Position numbers and translations under genes: made by a program. Shown here one piece after another: positions 16,208-31,329 of a DNA stretch of 64,000 nucleotides. Positions within the stretch are counted from its first letter, which is position 1; every line of letters begins with the position of its first letter. The notes below the pieces were generated by a model. That model saw only the letters and a program-made list of their open reading frames with translations. It was not told the origin of the DNA and ran no database searches. Source of the DNA: Octopus vulgaris (lineage: Eukaryota); NCBI GenBank assembly GCA_951406725.2, contig OX597820.1:118110001-118174000 (forward strand), given 5' to 3'.

Positions 16208-17603
16208 GCAAACACAAATACATACGGGTAAATATAAATACATATGACCCAATTGTTAGAATGAGCTAAGTAAGCACTCTTCACTTAAACATTTTCACAG
16301 ACACACAGACAGACAACGCAACAGACGCCCATATATTTACATCGCCTTACACGCGTATGAGTATAATAATAATGGTTGTTTGCCAACTGAGAGACAATTT
16401 TAATGTATGTTGTCACAAAGTATTATTTACCGACAAAAATATTAAATAAATGATAAAAATTTTGAAAGACGGGAAATTGAAAACTAAAAATTTAACATTA
16501 TATTGATGTGTTGCTTAGAAATCCTACCGTTAACACACACTTGTGTACATACATATGTATATATATGTGTATATATGTGTGTGCAGGTGTATATATGTAT
16601 GTGTATGTGTATGTTTATTTGAGATCATGTGAAGTAAGTTTTTATCAGTCATAAAATATATTGGAAATAACTTACTCAATAACACAAAACAAAGTCTGTT
16701 ATAGACGCGATTTGGTCGCCGTTGTATTCCTTTACACATTTTCAAATGGAAACTTATCTTATTGGAACGTAAAATCAAAATCTGATAGATTTGGTTTATT
16801 GAACGATTTACGAAAAATAATCAATCATAACAAAACGTTGACTAACATTTTCTTACCTTCTTTTATTATTTTTTGTTTTTGTTTTGTCTTCTATAATCGA
16901 TTTGAAGACATTTTAATCAGAAACCTATTTGATATTAGTAAGTTGATGTCAGCGTTAAGTGGTCACCCTAAATATAACCCCAGCTGTTTCAGTGGCTCGT
17001 GACAGGTCTCTAAACAATATAAGTAGTGGCATACAAAAGCATCGCAACAGACGTTTTCGTTGCTAGGCTAGTGGTGGTGGCGGCGTTGGTAGAGACGCTG
17101 TTAGTAATGGTAGTAGTAGTGGTGGTCTTGGTGTTGGTGTTGGTGGTGGTGGTGGTGGCTTGTAGCACTTAACTACAATGCATAGAGTTAACTGAAAAAA
17201 AATACATAACGACAAGAAGCAAAAGAAATATAAGGAAAATATATAAAAAAATCTCACAGTAGGTATTATGGGGCGGTGGTGGTGTTGGTTGTGGTGGTGA
17301 TATTAGTGAGTGTCGTGGTTAGGATGGAACGCAGCCATGGTTGTGTTGTTAACAAGTTCGCTTCGAAATTCTATTGACCAGTTTTCCATCTCGTTGGTCA
17401 GAACTTGGAGAGCATTGTCTGACACAGCGTCACGTGTTTTCGTGTAGACCAGTGGACTGAACGGCAAATTTGCAAGATCTAATTCTGTATACACGCTCGG
17501 CACATTGAGTAAGTGTCTTCTACCATAGCCTCGGGCCGGCCAAAGCCTTGTGTGTGGATTTGGTAGAAGGAAACTGAAAGAAGTCCGTCATATATATATA
17601 TGT

Positions 17604-17680
<77 letters not shown>

Positions 17681-17825
17681 GATAAATCTCAGAGCGAGTT
17701 ATAGACAGTAGCAGCAACACATCGTGACGTATATTTGCCATTTGAATATGGCTAACCCCTAAGGGTGGAGGCTACTGTAGTTTGTAGCCTTAATATAACA
17801 TTAACACCACGTGTGGGTTTTTCCT

Positions 17826-17920
<95 letters not shown>

Positions 17921-17929
17921 TTATATACA

Positions 17930-18130
17930 AATTAATAACAACGCGAGGACGTGGTAACATGCAAGGTATTAGCAGACGCAAGGGAAGGAAGGAAAGGCAG
18001 TCTTACGTTTCGAGCAAACCCTCACGTATATGTTTGTACACAACACCGCTTGACATCCGGTGTTAATTCAGCAAGTGACCACCAATAGCGAAAAAAACAT
18101 CGCCAACGATCCACATGTCGTTACATTTTG

Positions 18131-18132
<2 letters not shown>
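17930..18132 (-). mobile_element. HHR mini-element (family H2), core replaced by a templated insertion
   Basis: Reverse-complement homology to 19032-19225; retains GCTC-GAAACGTA-AGAC; 18019-18093 duplicates 18324-18398. Confidence 0.7.
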
Positions 18133-18192
<60 letters not shown>

Positions 18193-18581
18193 CTAATCTT
18201 CTTAATATAAATAATCCCACAAATTCTCGTATATCTCAAATACTACTTTAAATTCCAGTAATCGTATCGACATCAGTTACATCCCTTTCAAAACAGTTTT
18301 ACTTCTCTGCATCTAATTTTTTTCCCTCACGTATATGTTTGTACACAACACCGCTTGACATCCGGTGTTAATTCAGCAAGTGACCACCAATAGCGAAACC
18401 GGTATGACTTTTTATAATGATTTTTATACATCTTAATGTAACATCAACTAATTTGTTTGTATATATATATTTGTTTTGTTTTTAAAAAAGCCATGACATT
18501 CACACCTAGTGTACATTTTCTTTATTTTTTACTTTTCCCTTCATTTCACCACGTGTGGTTTTTTTCCTTAAAACTTGTTTC

Positions 18582-18630
<49 letters not shown>

Positions 18631-18926
18631 ATTATATTTGTATAATTATATATATATAATTATACATATATAATTATATATGTATAATTATATATATAAT
18701 TATACATATATATAGTATATATATATAATTATATATATATGTATGTATTTGTGTGTCTGTGTTTGTCTCCCCACCATCGCTTAACAGCCGATGTTTGAAT
18801 ATTTACGTCCCCGTAACTTAGCGTGTCAGATTTAAGAGACCGATAGCATAAGTACTAGGCTTACAAAGAATAAATCCCAGGGTCGAATTTTTCAACTAAA
18901 GGCAGTGCTTCAGCATGGTCGCAGTC

Positions 18927-19305
<379 letters not shown>

Positions 19306-19309
19306 GGTT

Positions 19310-19460
19310 TAAAACTGTAAAAAAGACAAAATACAGAAGACAGAGACAAGTGAGGGAACAATAAGCAAGGTGTATTGGAAAAATAGAAGAGTCTTTAACA
19401 TTTCGAACCTATGCTCTTCTTCAAAAATGAATGAAGAGAGAAGCTATATGGAGAGTATAT
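19310..19460 (-). mobile_element. Decayed H2-subfamily HHR mini-element
   Basis: Minus strand TTT-TTGAAGA-AGAGC-ATAG-GTTC-GAAATGTT-AAAG at 19393-19427; homologous to 49200-49370. Confidence 0.6.
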
Positions 19461-19647
19461 AAACAGTCGTTCTATGCACGATGATCGGTGAGATTCAAAA
19501 CAATAAATTGCACATTATTCTGAAAACATTTCGCCAAATTTGAATGCAAATATGGTAATTGTTTTTGTGTTCATCGCAGGAGAACAGCTCCTCCTTTTCG
19601 ACGACTATGTGTTCACAACACACTCGATTCCTTAGTACAGGAGATTC

Positions 19648-19688
19648 TGGGACACCGGTGTTTCGACATGTTCGTGTCCTGTCAGTCA
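19648..19688 (-). ncRNA. Decayed type I hammerhead ribozyme
   Basis: TGA-CTGACAG-GACA-CGAACA-TGTC-GAAACACCGGTGTC-CCA; palindromic stem III ACACCGGTGT and a GUC triplet. Confidence 0.6.
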
Positions 19689-20075
19689 TATTTACTCGAA
19701 CTGTTTACTTGTCCGTGTTATTTGCCAACGGATAATCGTTCTATGAACGGTAAACAGCGAGATTTGAAACGATGAATTGCATTTCATGAGCACAACTTGT
19801 ACCTCCGTAAGAAACCACAATCATTGCTTTTGCTTTTGTTATCGCCTTCACTGATGTTATTACTGTTGTTATTTAACCATAGGTCAGCTTTGATCGAGCA
19901 TATCAAATTTTCGTAGGAAACCTACCCATGATAATCATATCATGTGCTTATATGAGACGGCATGACGGGATTTCAAGATGTGGTTTCTAAAAGTACCACT
20001 GACCAACAACAGACCCCCTCTCTCATTCGTTGTCCCTTGCTATTATCGTTGTTAATGTTAAGTGTAGTGTAAGAC

Positions 20076-20420
20076 GCCGGTCGAAATGCTTAGCGGTATT
20101 TCATCAGTTTTTAAGTTCTCAGTTCAAATTCGACTTTCTCTTTCATCCTTTTGGGGTCGAAAAATTAAGTACCAGTTGAGTACTGGGGTCGATGTAATCA
20201 ATTTCAGGCCTTGTGCTTACAGTAGAAAAGAATATTAAGTGTGAGCTGGGAGAATTGTTAGCCGGCTGGGCAAAAAGCTTAGCGACATTTCGCCCGTCTT
20301 TACGTTCTGAGATCAAATACCGCCGAAGTCGACTTTGCCTTTAAACACTGGGGATCGGTATAATCGACTTAACCTCTCCCCCGAACTTGCTGGCTTTATG
20401 CCGAAACTTGAGAACAATAT
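20076..20420 (+). mobile_element. Two degraded SINE family A copies
   Basis: Homology to the family A core. Confidence 0.75.
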
Positions 20421-21439
20421 TTGTTTTTGTTTATTGTTGTTGTCGGTGATATATAGCGATATCTTTGATAGTGTTTGCAATGGTGATAATGGTGATGGCA
20501 ATGGTGGTGAGGCCTGTCATGTTGCGACGATGGTAGTGGCGATAATGGTGGCAATGCTGTTGACGTTCGCGATGGTAGCGATGGCTGAAGTAATGGTTAT
20601 AGGGATAGAAAGAGTTGAAATGGTTTGGGTTGTTGTTATTATCATTGCCACCATCACTGCTGCTGTGGCTGCTGCTGCTGTTGTGGTTCCGCTTGTCGTT
20701 GGCTCCTGCCATCCATTTTCTAGCGTCATCGCCATCGTCGTCGACATCATGCTTGGCATTGTGATTGTTGTTATTGGTTTTCTTCTTACGTTTGTTATTC
20801 TTGGCGGTGGTTGTGGCGGTGGTGGTGGTGGCGGTTGTGGAGGTGGTGATAGCGGTCATCGAAGTTGTTTGTGGTGTGGTTGTCAAAGAAAATAATGGTT
20901 CCTTAAAATACTTAATGGATCTTCAGACAAAATATACAAAAAAAAAAAAAAAAATAGAAAACGAACAAAAGATAACGAAATAGACAATAAAATAAAAGAA
21001 ATCCGTTAAAGAACACAACACGACATCCGAACTTCTGGGATCATTGTAAATGAAATAATTATGGAGGGAAACGAGGGGGAAAAACAGGAAAACTAAATAA
21101 AAAAATTTCAGAAACAAAAGAAAAAAACCCCAACAAAACAAAGAAACCAACGTAAATCAAGATGGCGGCTAAAATATACAAACAAAAATGTATGAGAAAA
21201 GATATAAAAAAAGAACAGCAAAAACAAACAAAAGAGGAAATTTACGTGTTGAAATATGTTGTGGTATGGTGGATATCGACTGGAGTTAATGACATATAAA
21301 GGAGGGTAATGAAAAATGAAAATACATTTTGTGGAAGGATTTCTTGTGTGTGTGTGTGCACGTGCGTGCTGAGTTTTATGTCTATAAGATATCATTAGGA
21401 AATTGTCCATAAGGAAAAAAATCACGGCATACACAGACC

Positions 21440-21536
<97 letters not shown>

Positions 21537-21546
21537 ATATATATAA

Positions 21547-21698
<152 letters not shown>

Positions 21699-21932
21699 AT
21701 GTGTGTGTGTGTGTGTGTGTGTGTATAAGCCTACACACACACACATACATGCACACACATGTTTGTATCTGTGTAGGCAGTCTTCTAGTTTGAAAATCAG
21801 CTTTGCGTGACATTTGTGATAAGTGGGAATCGTCCATCAAAATCTCTCTATTTTGTCATCAATGCCAAAGCCAAGCAAGAAATAGATGGGTAACTATAAT
21901 GATAGACATATAAGGGAAGAGTGAATGAGAGG

Positions 21933-21970
<38 letters not shown>

Positions 21971-22236
21971 AAAAGAGAGAGAGAGAGATAGAGAGAGTGA
22001 GAGCCAGACAGGCAAACGGAATGAAAGAGAAAAAACAGGAAAAATATGAGTTAGAGCTTTAGAAGTTAAGGCTCAAAATACTTGGCTAATGGGGCTTCGT
22101 TCCCCGAAGACCTTCTGCTGTTCAGGTCTTTCGAGGGTTTCTCACCACAACTCTATTTGTTTGTAGTTCGATAACTAATAAGTAAGCTAACCAGATAGCT
22201 TATCAAGTTGATAGAAAGATAGAAAAGAGACATTTT

Positions 22237-22921
<685 letters not shown>

Positions 22922-23424
22922 AAGAGACATTTTATTAATTCTAATGAGGCATTTAAAAAAATTTGGTAATTTAAATTTTTGTTAAACAGATCATAAGATT
23001 TATGTCTGGTGAACGATATCGGTGATAGAATCTGCACAGTTAAATATTTAGAAATTTATGGAGCATGGCCCTTCTAGATGTGTATCGCGGACGGCGTATG
23101 TCTGTAAATTTAGCGAGACGCCTATTTAGCCATCACACCTATTTAGAGATGTTAGTCGATAGGTCAATGACCAAAGATCAATCGTACGATCAACAAACTG
23201 ACAGATCGATCAGTTCGACAACAAACTCTGCCAAATTCAATTAGCCAGAACAACAGCAAGAGAAACATCAACAAAAACAAGAACAAGAACAAGAAGAACA
23301 ACAACAACAACAGCAGTGACACCACCACCACCACCACCACCACCACCATCAACAACAGCAGCAACATCAACAACAACAACAACAACAGCAGCAAAAACAA
23401 GAGCAACAACAACAACAACAGTTT

Positions 23425-23645
23425 CTGATTTTCACACATGGCCACCAAATTTAAGTGGAGGGGTTTAACCGATGCCGTCGACCTCAGTACAATACTGGTA
23501 CTATTTTATTGACCCCGAAAGAATGAAAGGCAAAGATGACCATGGCAGGATTTGAACTCAGAAAGTAAAAAGTTGGAACAAATCCTGCAAATAACCATTC
23601 TCGGCGTTCTAACGATTCTCCTGGGTCACCGCCCTAGTAATGGTT

Positions 23646-23693
<48 letters not shown>

Positions 23694-24410
23694 GTGATGA
23701 CGATTAAGGCAACAACTGCCTCAACGACAACATTAAGAAGAACAAGAATGGTTTCCAATTTGGCACAGGGCCAATGCTTTCTGGGATGGGGGGTGGTGGA
23801 GGTATGTCGATCACATCGACCCTGGGACTCAACTCGTACTTATTTTATCGACCCCGAAAGGATGAATGGCAAAGTCGACCTCGGCGGAATTTGAACTCAG
23901 AACGAAAACACGGACGAAATGCCGTTAAGCATTTTGTCCGGCGTGCAAACGATTTTGCTAGTTCGTCGCCTTATAGTAATAATGGTTTCAAATTTTGGCA
24001 CAAGGCCAGCAACTTCGGGGAAGGAAGTTGGTCAGTCGCACCGCCCCACCCACTTGATCAGTACTTATTTTATCGGCCTCGAAAACGATGAAAGGCGAAG
24101 ATGATCTCGCGAAGACTTGAACTCAGAACCCTAAGAAGTACCTATTTCTTTACTACCCACAAGGGGCTAAACACAGAGGGGACAAACAAGGACAAACAAA
24201 CGGATTAAGTCGATTATATCGACCCCAGTGCGTAACTGGTACTTAATTTATCGACCCCGAAAGGATGAAAGGCAAAGTCGACCTCGGCGGAATTTGAGCT
24301 CAGAACGTAATGGCAGACGAAATACCGCTAAGCATTTCGGCCGGCGTGCTAGCGATTCTGCCAGCTCGCCGCCTTCTAAGAAGTGCCGCATGGCATTTTA
24401 CCCGGCGCTA
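23425..24410 (-). mobile_element. Cluster of four SINE family A copies, one nested
   Basis: Copies ~23425-23635, 23750-23972, 23984-24410; 24140-24375 is nested with TSD CTAAGAAGT (24131-24139, 24376-24384). Confidence 0.88.
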
Positions 24411-24519
24411 AAGAAGCAAAGATAAGAGAATTAAATCAAACGCACGCAAATACTTTGGAATGAATGAACCAGACGTTATACATTACAAATAAATTAAGTA
24501 AAAGCGAGCAAGAAATGTT

Positions 24520-24760
24520 AAAGATACGGCGGGTCATTATTTAAAACAGAGCCAACTGCAAAAAATATGATAATAGCTGTCAATAGCTTAGTTGTACTGC
24601 CATTAATAAATTATATACAAATGGCAGCTTGACTAGAGAGGAAAACAAGAAAATAATGAATACTAGAAAGATTATATTTACCTGGAATACAGAAAGGAAG
24701 ATATCATCAAAAACCAGATAATTATTATAAAACTAGCATACCCGTATCGTCAAAAATGCC
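24520..24760 (+). pseudogene. Possible R4/Dong RT-thumb fragment
   Basis: NMIIAVNSLVV...LERKTRK resembles the N.I.AIN..AV...LD.KTRK motif; frameshifted. Confidence 0.35.
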
Positions 24761-25191
24761 GATAATTGTTTTTAAATGATGGGAAATGGTGGATCAAAAC
24801 CAAGGGAGAAACCATTGATAAATGGAGTAGAGCAACGTAAAATGAAGTGTTTTGCTTAAGAAGACAACGAACCACCCGGTCCGGTAATTGAAATCACAAT
24901 CTTACGATCAGAAGTCTAACAACCTAACCACTACGCCACTCACCTCCGTTTTTATACACCATGGAAACCACGATAGGGTGCAGCCCTTCAGTTGTTGGAC
25001 CCATAGACAGACTGAGAGACAGGCAGAAGGGGACCGAAATAGCGTAAGGGGTTTTGTTTAGAAAGCTCACTGACAATGATAGATTTGACCTTTTGACCGA
25101 TACAAAAATGAGCGAAGTTCGTATTTAGTTGGCCGCTTTGCGTCTGGTAAGTCAAGCGCTGATAAAGACGCATGTCTGTTAATAGTTAGGG

Positions 25192-25481
25192 CAGTAGTTC
25201 CCAAACTTTTTTAGGCTGCCGCCCCCTTGGCACCTAGGCCACATTTCTAGCGCCCCTCCCCCTCCCCGCCACAAATATACACCACTTTCTGCAGCAAATT
25301 CCAACCTGCTGGTATTTCACAGATAAAACTTAAACCTACTTATCCTATTAATGTTTCTTTTACATCTATCGCCACCCCATTTTGGCCACCCCATTATCAT
25401 CCCACTTTTCTTCAACGCCCTCCACCCCGGATCTTTCCACCACTCCCAGGGAGGCAGTACTGTCCACTTTGGGAACCACTG
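25192..25481. mobile_element. hAT (Charlie/Buster-type) MITE
   Basis: TIRs CAGTaGTTCCCAAA / TTTGGGAACCACTG; 8-bp TSD AGTTAGGG/GGTTAGGG. Confidence 0.85.
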
Positions 25482-26000
25482 GGTTAGGGTATTCGGCTCA
25501 CGATCGCAAGGTTGTGAGTTCGATATCCGACGACGCGTTGTGTCGTTGAGCAAGAAATTTTATTTCACATTGCTCCAGGCCACTCATCTGGCAAAATTGA
25601 ATTCTGTCAGGCTGAACCTCCCTGAGAACTACGTTAAGGGTATGCGTGTCTGAAAGGCGGTGAGCTGGCAGAATCGTTAGCACCTCGGGCAAAATGCTTA
25701 CCGGTATTTTCTCTGCCGCTACGTTCTGAGTTCAAATTTCGCCGAGGTCGACTTTGCCTTTCATCCTTTCGGGGTCGATTAAATAAGTACCAGTTACGCA
25801 TTGGGGTCGATATAATCGACTTAATCCGTTTGTCTGTCCTTGTTTGTCCCCTCTCTGTTTAGCCCCTTGTGGGTAGTAAAGAAATAGGTATGCGTGTCTG
25901 TGGAGTGCTCAGCCAATTGGATGCTAATTTCACAAGCCGGCTGTTTTGTAGGTCGGATCAGCTGGAATGCTAATCGTCGTAACAGACTGAGAACCAGTTT
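25482..26000 (+). mobile_element. SINE family C (CORE-like head, tail X) with nested family A copy 25653-25886
   Basis: gttgtgtcgttgagcaag CORE-like motif; 14-bp TSD GGTATGCGTGTCTG at 25639-25652 and 25887-25900. Confidence 0.85.
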
Positions 26001-27273
26001 AAGTCAAGCGTTACAATTCAGCCAGCGTTGATCCAAGACCCAAGAAACACAGCGAAGAAATTCACCGTTATAATTGTGTCATACGAACAGATGAACTTCA
26101 ACGATTAAATACTCGCAGAAGTTAGAACTAATGACGAAGTAAGTCTTTTTAATCTTCAGTAAAGATCCATTAATATACCAAGTCTGCTGAAAGTAACTCT
26201 TTACTTTCGTAGTTTCCTCTTCAATATCAATATAAAAGAAGGGAATATCAACGTCTATTCGGAAATAACATGAATACCTGTATAAATTCGGGCAAATAAT
26301 CAAATGAGACTTAATCTGCAGAGGAACTATTAATGTATGAAGGCCACTGATACAACCCGCTGCTAAAACGTCTCTTTTTTTCAATATCAGCGCAGTTATA
26401 AGTAAACCAAGGAGAAAAAATATATCTCTCTTCATACGGAAATAACAAATCTAAGACGATTCTAAAACACAGTTTTCTGACTTGATTGAAAGGTTCGTAT
26501 AATCGAAGTTCAATATATTTTCATTTTTTTTTCTCTGGTGGAAGAATTTCTTTTTATCTGCACTTTTTTTTTTTACCATTTTCCATTCTTTCATTTATTA
26601 TTATCATTTTTTTCTTTGGAATGTCTATATTTCCTTGCAAGAATTTCTTAGAATCGTTTCTTTGACGGAAATTTTTTTCATCAAAAGGATATAGTATCGT
26701 ATACACAATAATGGCTGTCTTTGGTGTGATAAGATTCGGGGTTGTTAATAGTTGAGAGGGAAATAGAGAGGCAGCGAAAGAAAGAGGCAGAACGGTGTGT
26801 AGGAAAAAGAGAAACAGTCGGAAAAGATGCAAGTATTAAAGAAAAAATATGCATTACAATACAGAGAAAGCGGGAGATAAAAAAAGAGAGAAACATCAGT
26901 TGAGAATAACGAGAAGACTGCAAGACCAAAAATCTATTTTTCACGTCGATGCGGAGAACAACGAATGCAATTGTTGCATCGGCGTTGCCATCTTTACTCT
27001 TTCTCTTTCGCTCTCTTCTTCTGACGATGTATGGGTATGTATGTGTGTGTGTGTGTGTGGGTGTGGGTGTGGGGGTGTATGTGTGCGTGTGGGTGTTCAA
27101 TAGGCACACGCATACATGCATACATATAAGCATACACACAAACGTGTGTGTACGACACATAGGTACGCGAATATGGTGTATACGTGTTTATTTGTCTAAA
27201 TTGAAGTTGGTCTCTCTCTATCTCTTTGTCTCGCCGTCTCTCTATCTCTCTGTCTCTATACACACACACACAG

Positions 27274-27316
<43 letters not shown>

Positions 27317-27526
27317 GTATGCATGTATGTGTGCGTATATATATATGCACACGTGTGTATATATGTAATTACATATTTATACATGCATACATTCACATAC
27401 ATACATACATACATACATACATACATCACATACATACATACATTCACATACATACATACATTCACACATATAGACAGATATAAATACATATATATATATA
27501 TGCATATATATATGTGTAATATATTT

Positions 27527-27604
<78 letters not shown>

Positions 27605-27941
27605 GTATTGTATTACATTATATTATATAGTGTGTGTGTATGTGTGTGTGTGTGCGTGTGTGAAATATGTGATTTAGAAATCCCATAATGCGATTTGAAA
27701 GGTTAGAAACTGGGCAGATGTTCGATTTCCCATCATAAAAAGAGAGAAAAATAGAGTAAAACAACAACAACAATAACAACAACAACAACAACAACAACAA
27801 GGAAAGAAAGAAAAACGGATTAAAACAATCACTCACACACATATACGTATGAATATATATACATACATGCATGCATATATATACATACATATACATATAC
27901 ATATATATATATATATATACATAAATATACATACATTATAT

Positions 27942-27998
<57 letters not shown>

Positions 27999-28854
27999 TA
28001 CATACATATACATACATATACATACATATACATACATACATATATGTATATGTGTGTGCGTGTTTGTGTATGTATGTTTGTGTGTGTATATGTATTAAAA
28101 CCATTATATAACAAAGTTGGAGGATATAGAAAACAGCGAACCAATAAAGAATTGAATTATGGCGCGGACGTAGGACGGAGGTGGTGGCGGCGGTGGCGGC
28201 GATGGTGGTGGTGGGGGTGGCGATGGTGGTGGTAGTAGTGGGAGTGATGACGATCGTCATAGTGATGGTGGTAGCAGGAGTATTGGTGGTTGGAAATGTG
28301 GTGGCGGTGGGGTGATGGTGGTGGTGGAGTGGTGGTGGTGGTGACAGTAGTTATCATAGCACGCTGGTGGTATAGTAGTAGTAGTAGTTGTAGTGGTAAC
28401 AGTGGTGGTCGTAATGTTATAGGTATGGGATTGATGGTGGTGGTGGTGGTGGGGTGGGGCTTCTATTGATGGACAAAATATTTGGCAGTGGTGGTCATGT
28501 TAAAGAGAGTGGTATCAGTGCTAGTTGCTGCGATGAAAAGATAGCAGTGGTGTGAAGGTATTGTCAGTTGTGATGGTGATGCTGCTGTGGTTGCTATTGT
28601 TTAGCCCTCGGTCAGTGCCAACTGAACACATCTATGATCAACTACATTCCAAATATGACCACTTGGTCTTTTTCTTGAACATTATTTATCTAGCATGAAA
28701 TTACATACAATGTGTCCTTCGTATTTTGAAGATGGTAGGATGTAATTTGAGGAGATTTCGCTACTATTTCTAGTAGGTCAAGCGATTACATGGAAACTCC
28801 CTCAGGTCACGATAATTTTGGTAGTGGTGGTGGTGGTAGTAGCATTTCTTTGAG

Positions 28855-29183
28855 GGAAGGCTCATGGCTGAGTGGTTCAGCTCACACTCACAAGGGCATG
28901 AGTTTGATACTCAGCACCGCGTTGCATCCTTGAGCAAGACACTCTACTGCATGTTGCCCCAAACCACTCTGCAGGTAAAAATGAGTTGTATCTGTATTTT
29001 AAAGGACCAGCCTTGTTACATTCTGTGTCACACTGATTCTCCCTGAGAACTACATTAAGGGTATGTGTGTCTGTGTCTGTGTCTGTGGGATGCGCAACCA
29101 CTTGCACGTTAATTTCAACGGGAGACTGTTCTGTTGATCGGATCGACTGGAACTCTCGTCGTCGTAACCGACGGAGTTCCAGT
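28855..29183 (+). mobile_element. SINE family C copy
   Basis: tggctgagtggtt A-box, ccttgagcaagacact, tail cgtcgtcgtaaccgacggagt. Confidence 0.8.
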
Positions 29184-30797
29184 TGTTTATTAGAGATGAT
29201 AATGTTGGTATTGGTCGCAGTAGTAATGATGGTGATTGTAGAACTGGTGATAATGTTTGTTAGAGGTGATAATGTTGGTATTGGTCGCAGTAGTAATGAT
29301 GGTGATTGTAGAACTGGTGATAATGTTTATTAGAGATGATAATGTTGGTATTGGTCGCAATAGTAATGATGGTGATTGTAGAAGTGGTGATAATGTTTAT
29401 TAAAGCTGATAATGTTGATATTGGTCGCAATAGTAATGATGGTGATTGTAGAACTGGTGATAATGTTTATTAGAGGTGATAATGTTTGTATTGGTCGCAA
29501 AAGTAATGATGGTGATTGTAGAACTGGTGATAATGTTTATTAGAGCTGATAATGTTGATATTGGTCGCAATAGTAATGATGGTGATTGTAGAACTGGTGA
29601 TAATGTTTATTAGAGATGATAATGTTGGTATTGGTCGCAGTAGTAATGATGGTGATTGTAGAACTGGTGATAATGTTTATTAGAGATGATAATGTTGGTA
29701 TTGGTCGCAGTAGTAATGATGGTGATTGTAGAACTGGTGATAATGTTTATTAGAGATGATAATGTTGGTATTGGTCGCAGTAGTAATGATAGTGATTGTA
29801 GAACTGGTGATAATGTTTGTTAGAGATGATAATGTTGGTATTGGTCGCAATAGTAATGATGGTGATTGTAGAACTGGTGATAATGTTTATTAGAGATGAT
29901 AATGTTGGTATTGGTCGCAATAGTAATGATGGTGATTGTAGAACTGGTGATAATGTTTATTAGAGGTGATAATGTTGGTATTGGTCGCAATAGTAATGAT
30001 GGTGATTGTAGAAGTGGTGATAATGTTTATTAGAGCTGATAATGTTGGTATTGGTCGCAATAGTAATGATGGTGATTGTAGAACTGGTGATAATGTTTAT
30101 TAGAGGTGATAATGTTGGTATTGGTCGCAATAGTAATGATGGCGATTGTAGAACTGGTGATAATGTTTGTTAGAGGTGATAATGTTGGTATTGGTCGCAA
30201 TAGTAATGATGGTGATTGTAGAACTGGTGATAATGTTTATTAGAGATGATAATGTTGGTATTGGTCGCAATAGTAATGATGGTGATTGTAGAACTGGTGA
30301 TAATGTTTATTAGAGATGATAATGTTGGTATTGGTCGCAGTAGTAATGATGGTGATTGTAGAACTGGTGATAATGTTTGTTAGAGATGATAATGTTGGTA
30401 TTGGTCGCAATAGTAATGATGGTGATTGTAGAACTGGTGATAATGTTTATTAGAGATGATAATGTTGGTATTGGTCGCAGTAGTAATGATGGTGATTGTA
30501 GAACTGGTGATAATGTTTGTTAGAGATGATAATGTTGGTATTGGTCGCAATAGTAATGATGGTGATTGTAGAACTGGTGATAATGTTTATTAGAGATGAT
30601 AATGTTGGTATTGGTCGCAATAGTAATGATGGTGATTGTAGAACTGGTGATAATGTTTTTTAGAGATGATAATGTTGGTATTGATCGCAGTAGTAATGAT
30701 GGCGATTGTAGAACTGGTGATAATGTTTGTTAGAGGTGATAATGTTGATATTGGTCGCAATAGTAATGATGGTGATTGTAGAACTGGTGATAATGTT
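29184..30797. repeat. 70-bp minisatellite, ~23 units
   Basis: aatgttggtattggtcgca.. recurs every 70 bp from 29201 to 30741. Confidence 0.97.
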
Positions 30798-31185
30798 GGT
30801 GTTCATCACAGTGGTGGCTAGTAGAAATATTGTTCATGTTATTAACGAACGTATTGTTGACATTGGTAACCATGGTGATATTGTGCATATTGGGGGAAGT
30901 AGTGATAGAAGAGGCGGTGGTGGTTGTGGTAGCAGTGTTATAATATCTGTAGAGATACTAGGAAACGTGTTGAGATGTTGCTAATAACTGTGATGTTGTT
31001 TGGTCTCGATCAGTTTTGGTTTAAGAGATCAAATATATAGGAATGATAATTAGCGAAACAGGGCAATCGATGTCTTAATTAATGTTGACCAATCTTGATC
31101 AGTCTTAATTAGTCTTGATCTAAGTAACTCAATATAATAAGGGTAATATGATAATGATAAAAATAATATGATAATAATAATAATG

Positions 31186-31221
<36 letters not shown>

Positions 31222-31255
31222 GTAGTAGTAGTAGTAATAATAATAATAATAATAA

Positions 31256-31308
<53 letters not shown>

Positions 31309-31329
31309 ATAATAATAATAATAATTATA

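Noticed and set aside
20335-20895. Hydrophobic 186-aa ORF resembling a membrane protein
   Set aside because: Begins in a SINE and is built from GGT/GTT/GCT low-complexity sequence.
26040-26480. Unique sequence with a 118-aa minus-strand ORF as a host exon
   Set aside because: No recognisable domain or splice support.
29184-30797. Possible CRISPR array or repetitive coding exon
   Set aside because: Units are contiguous with no unique spacers, the 70-bp period breaks frame, there are no cas genes and the context is eukaryotic.
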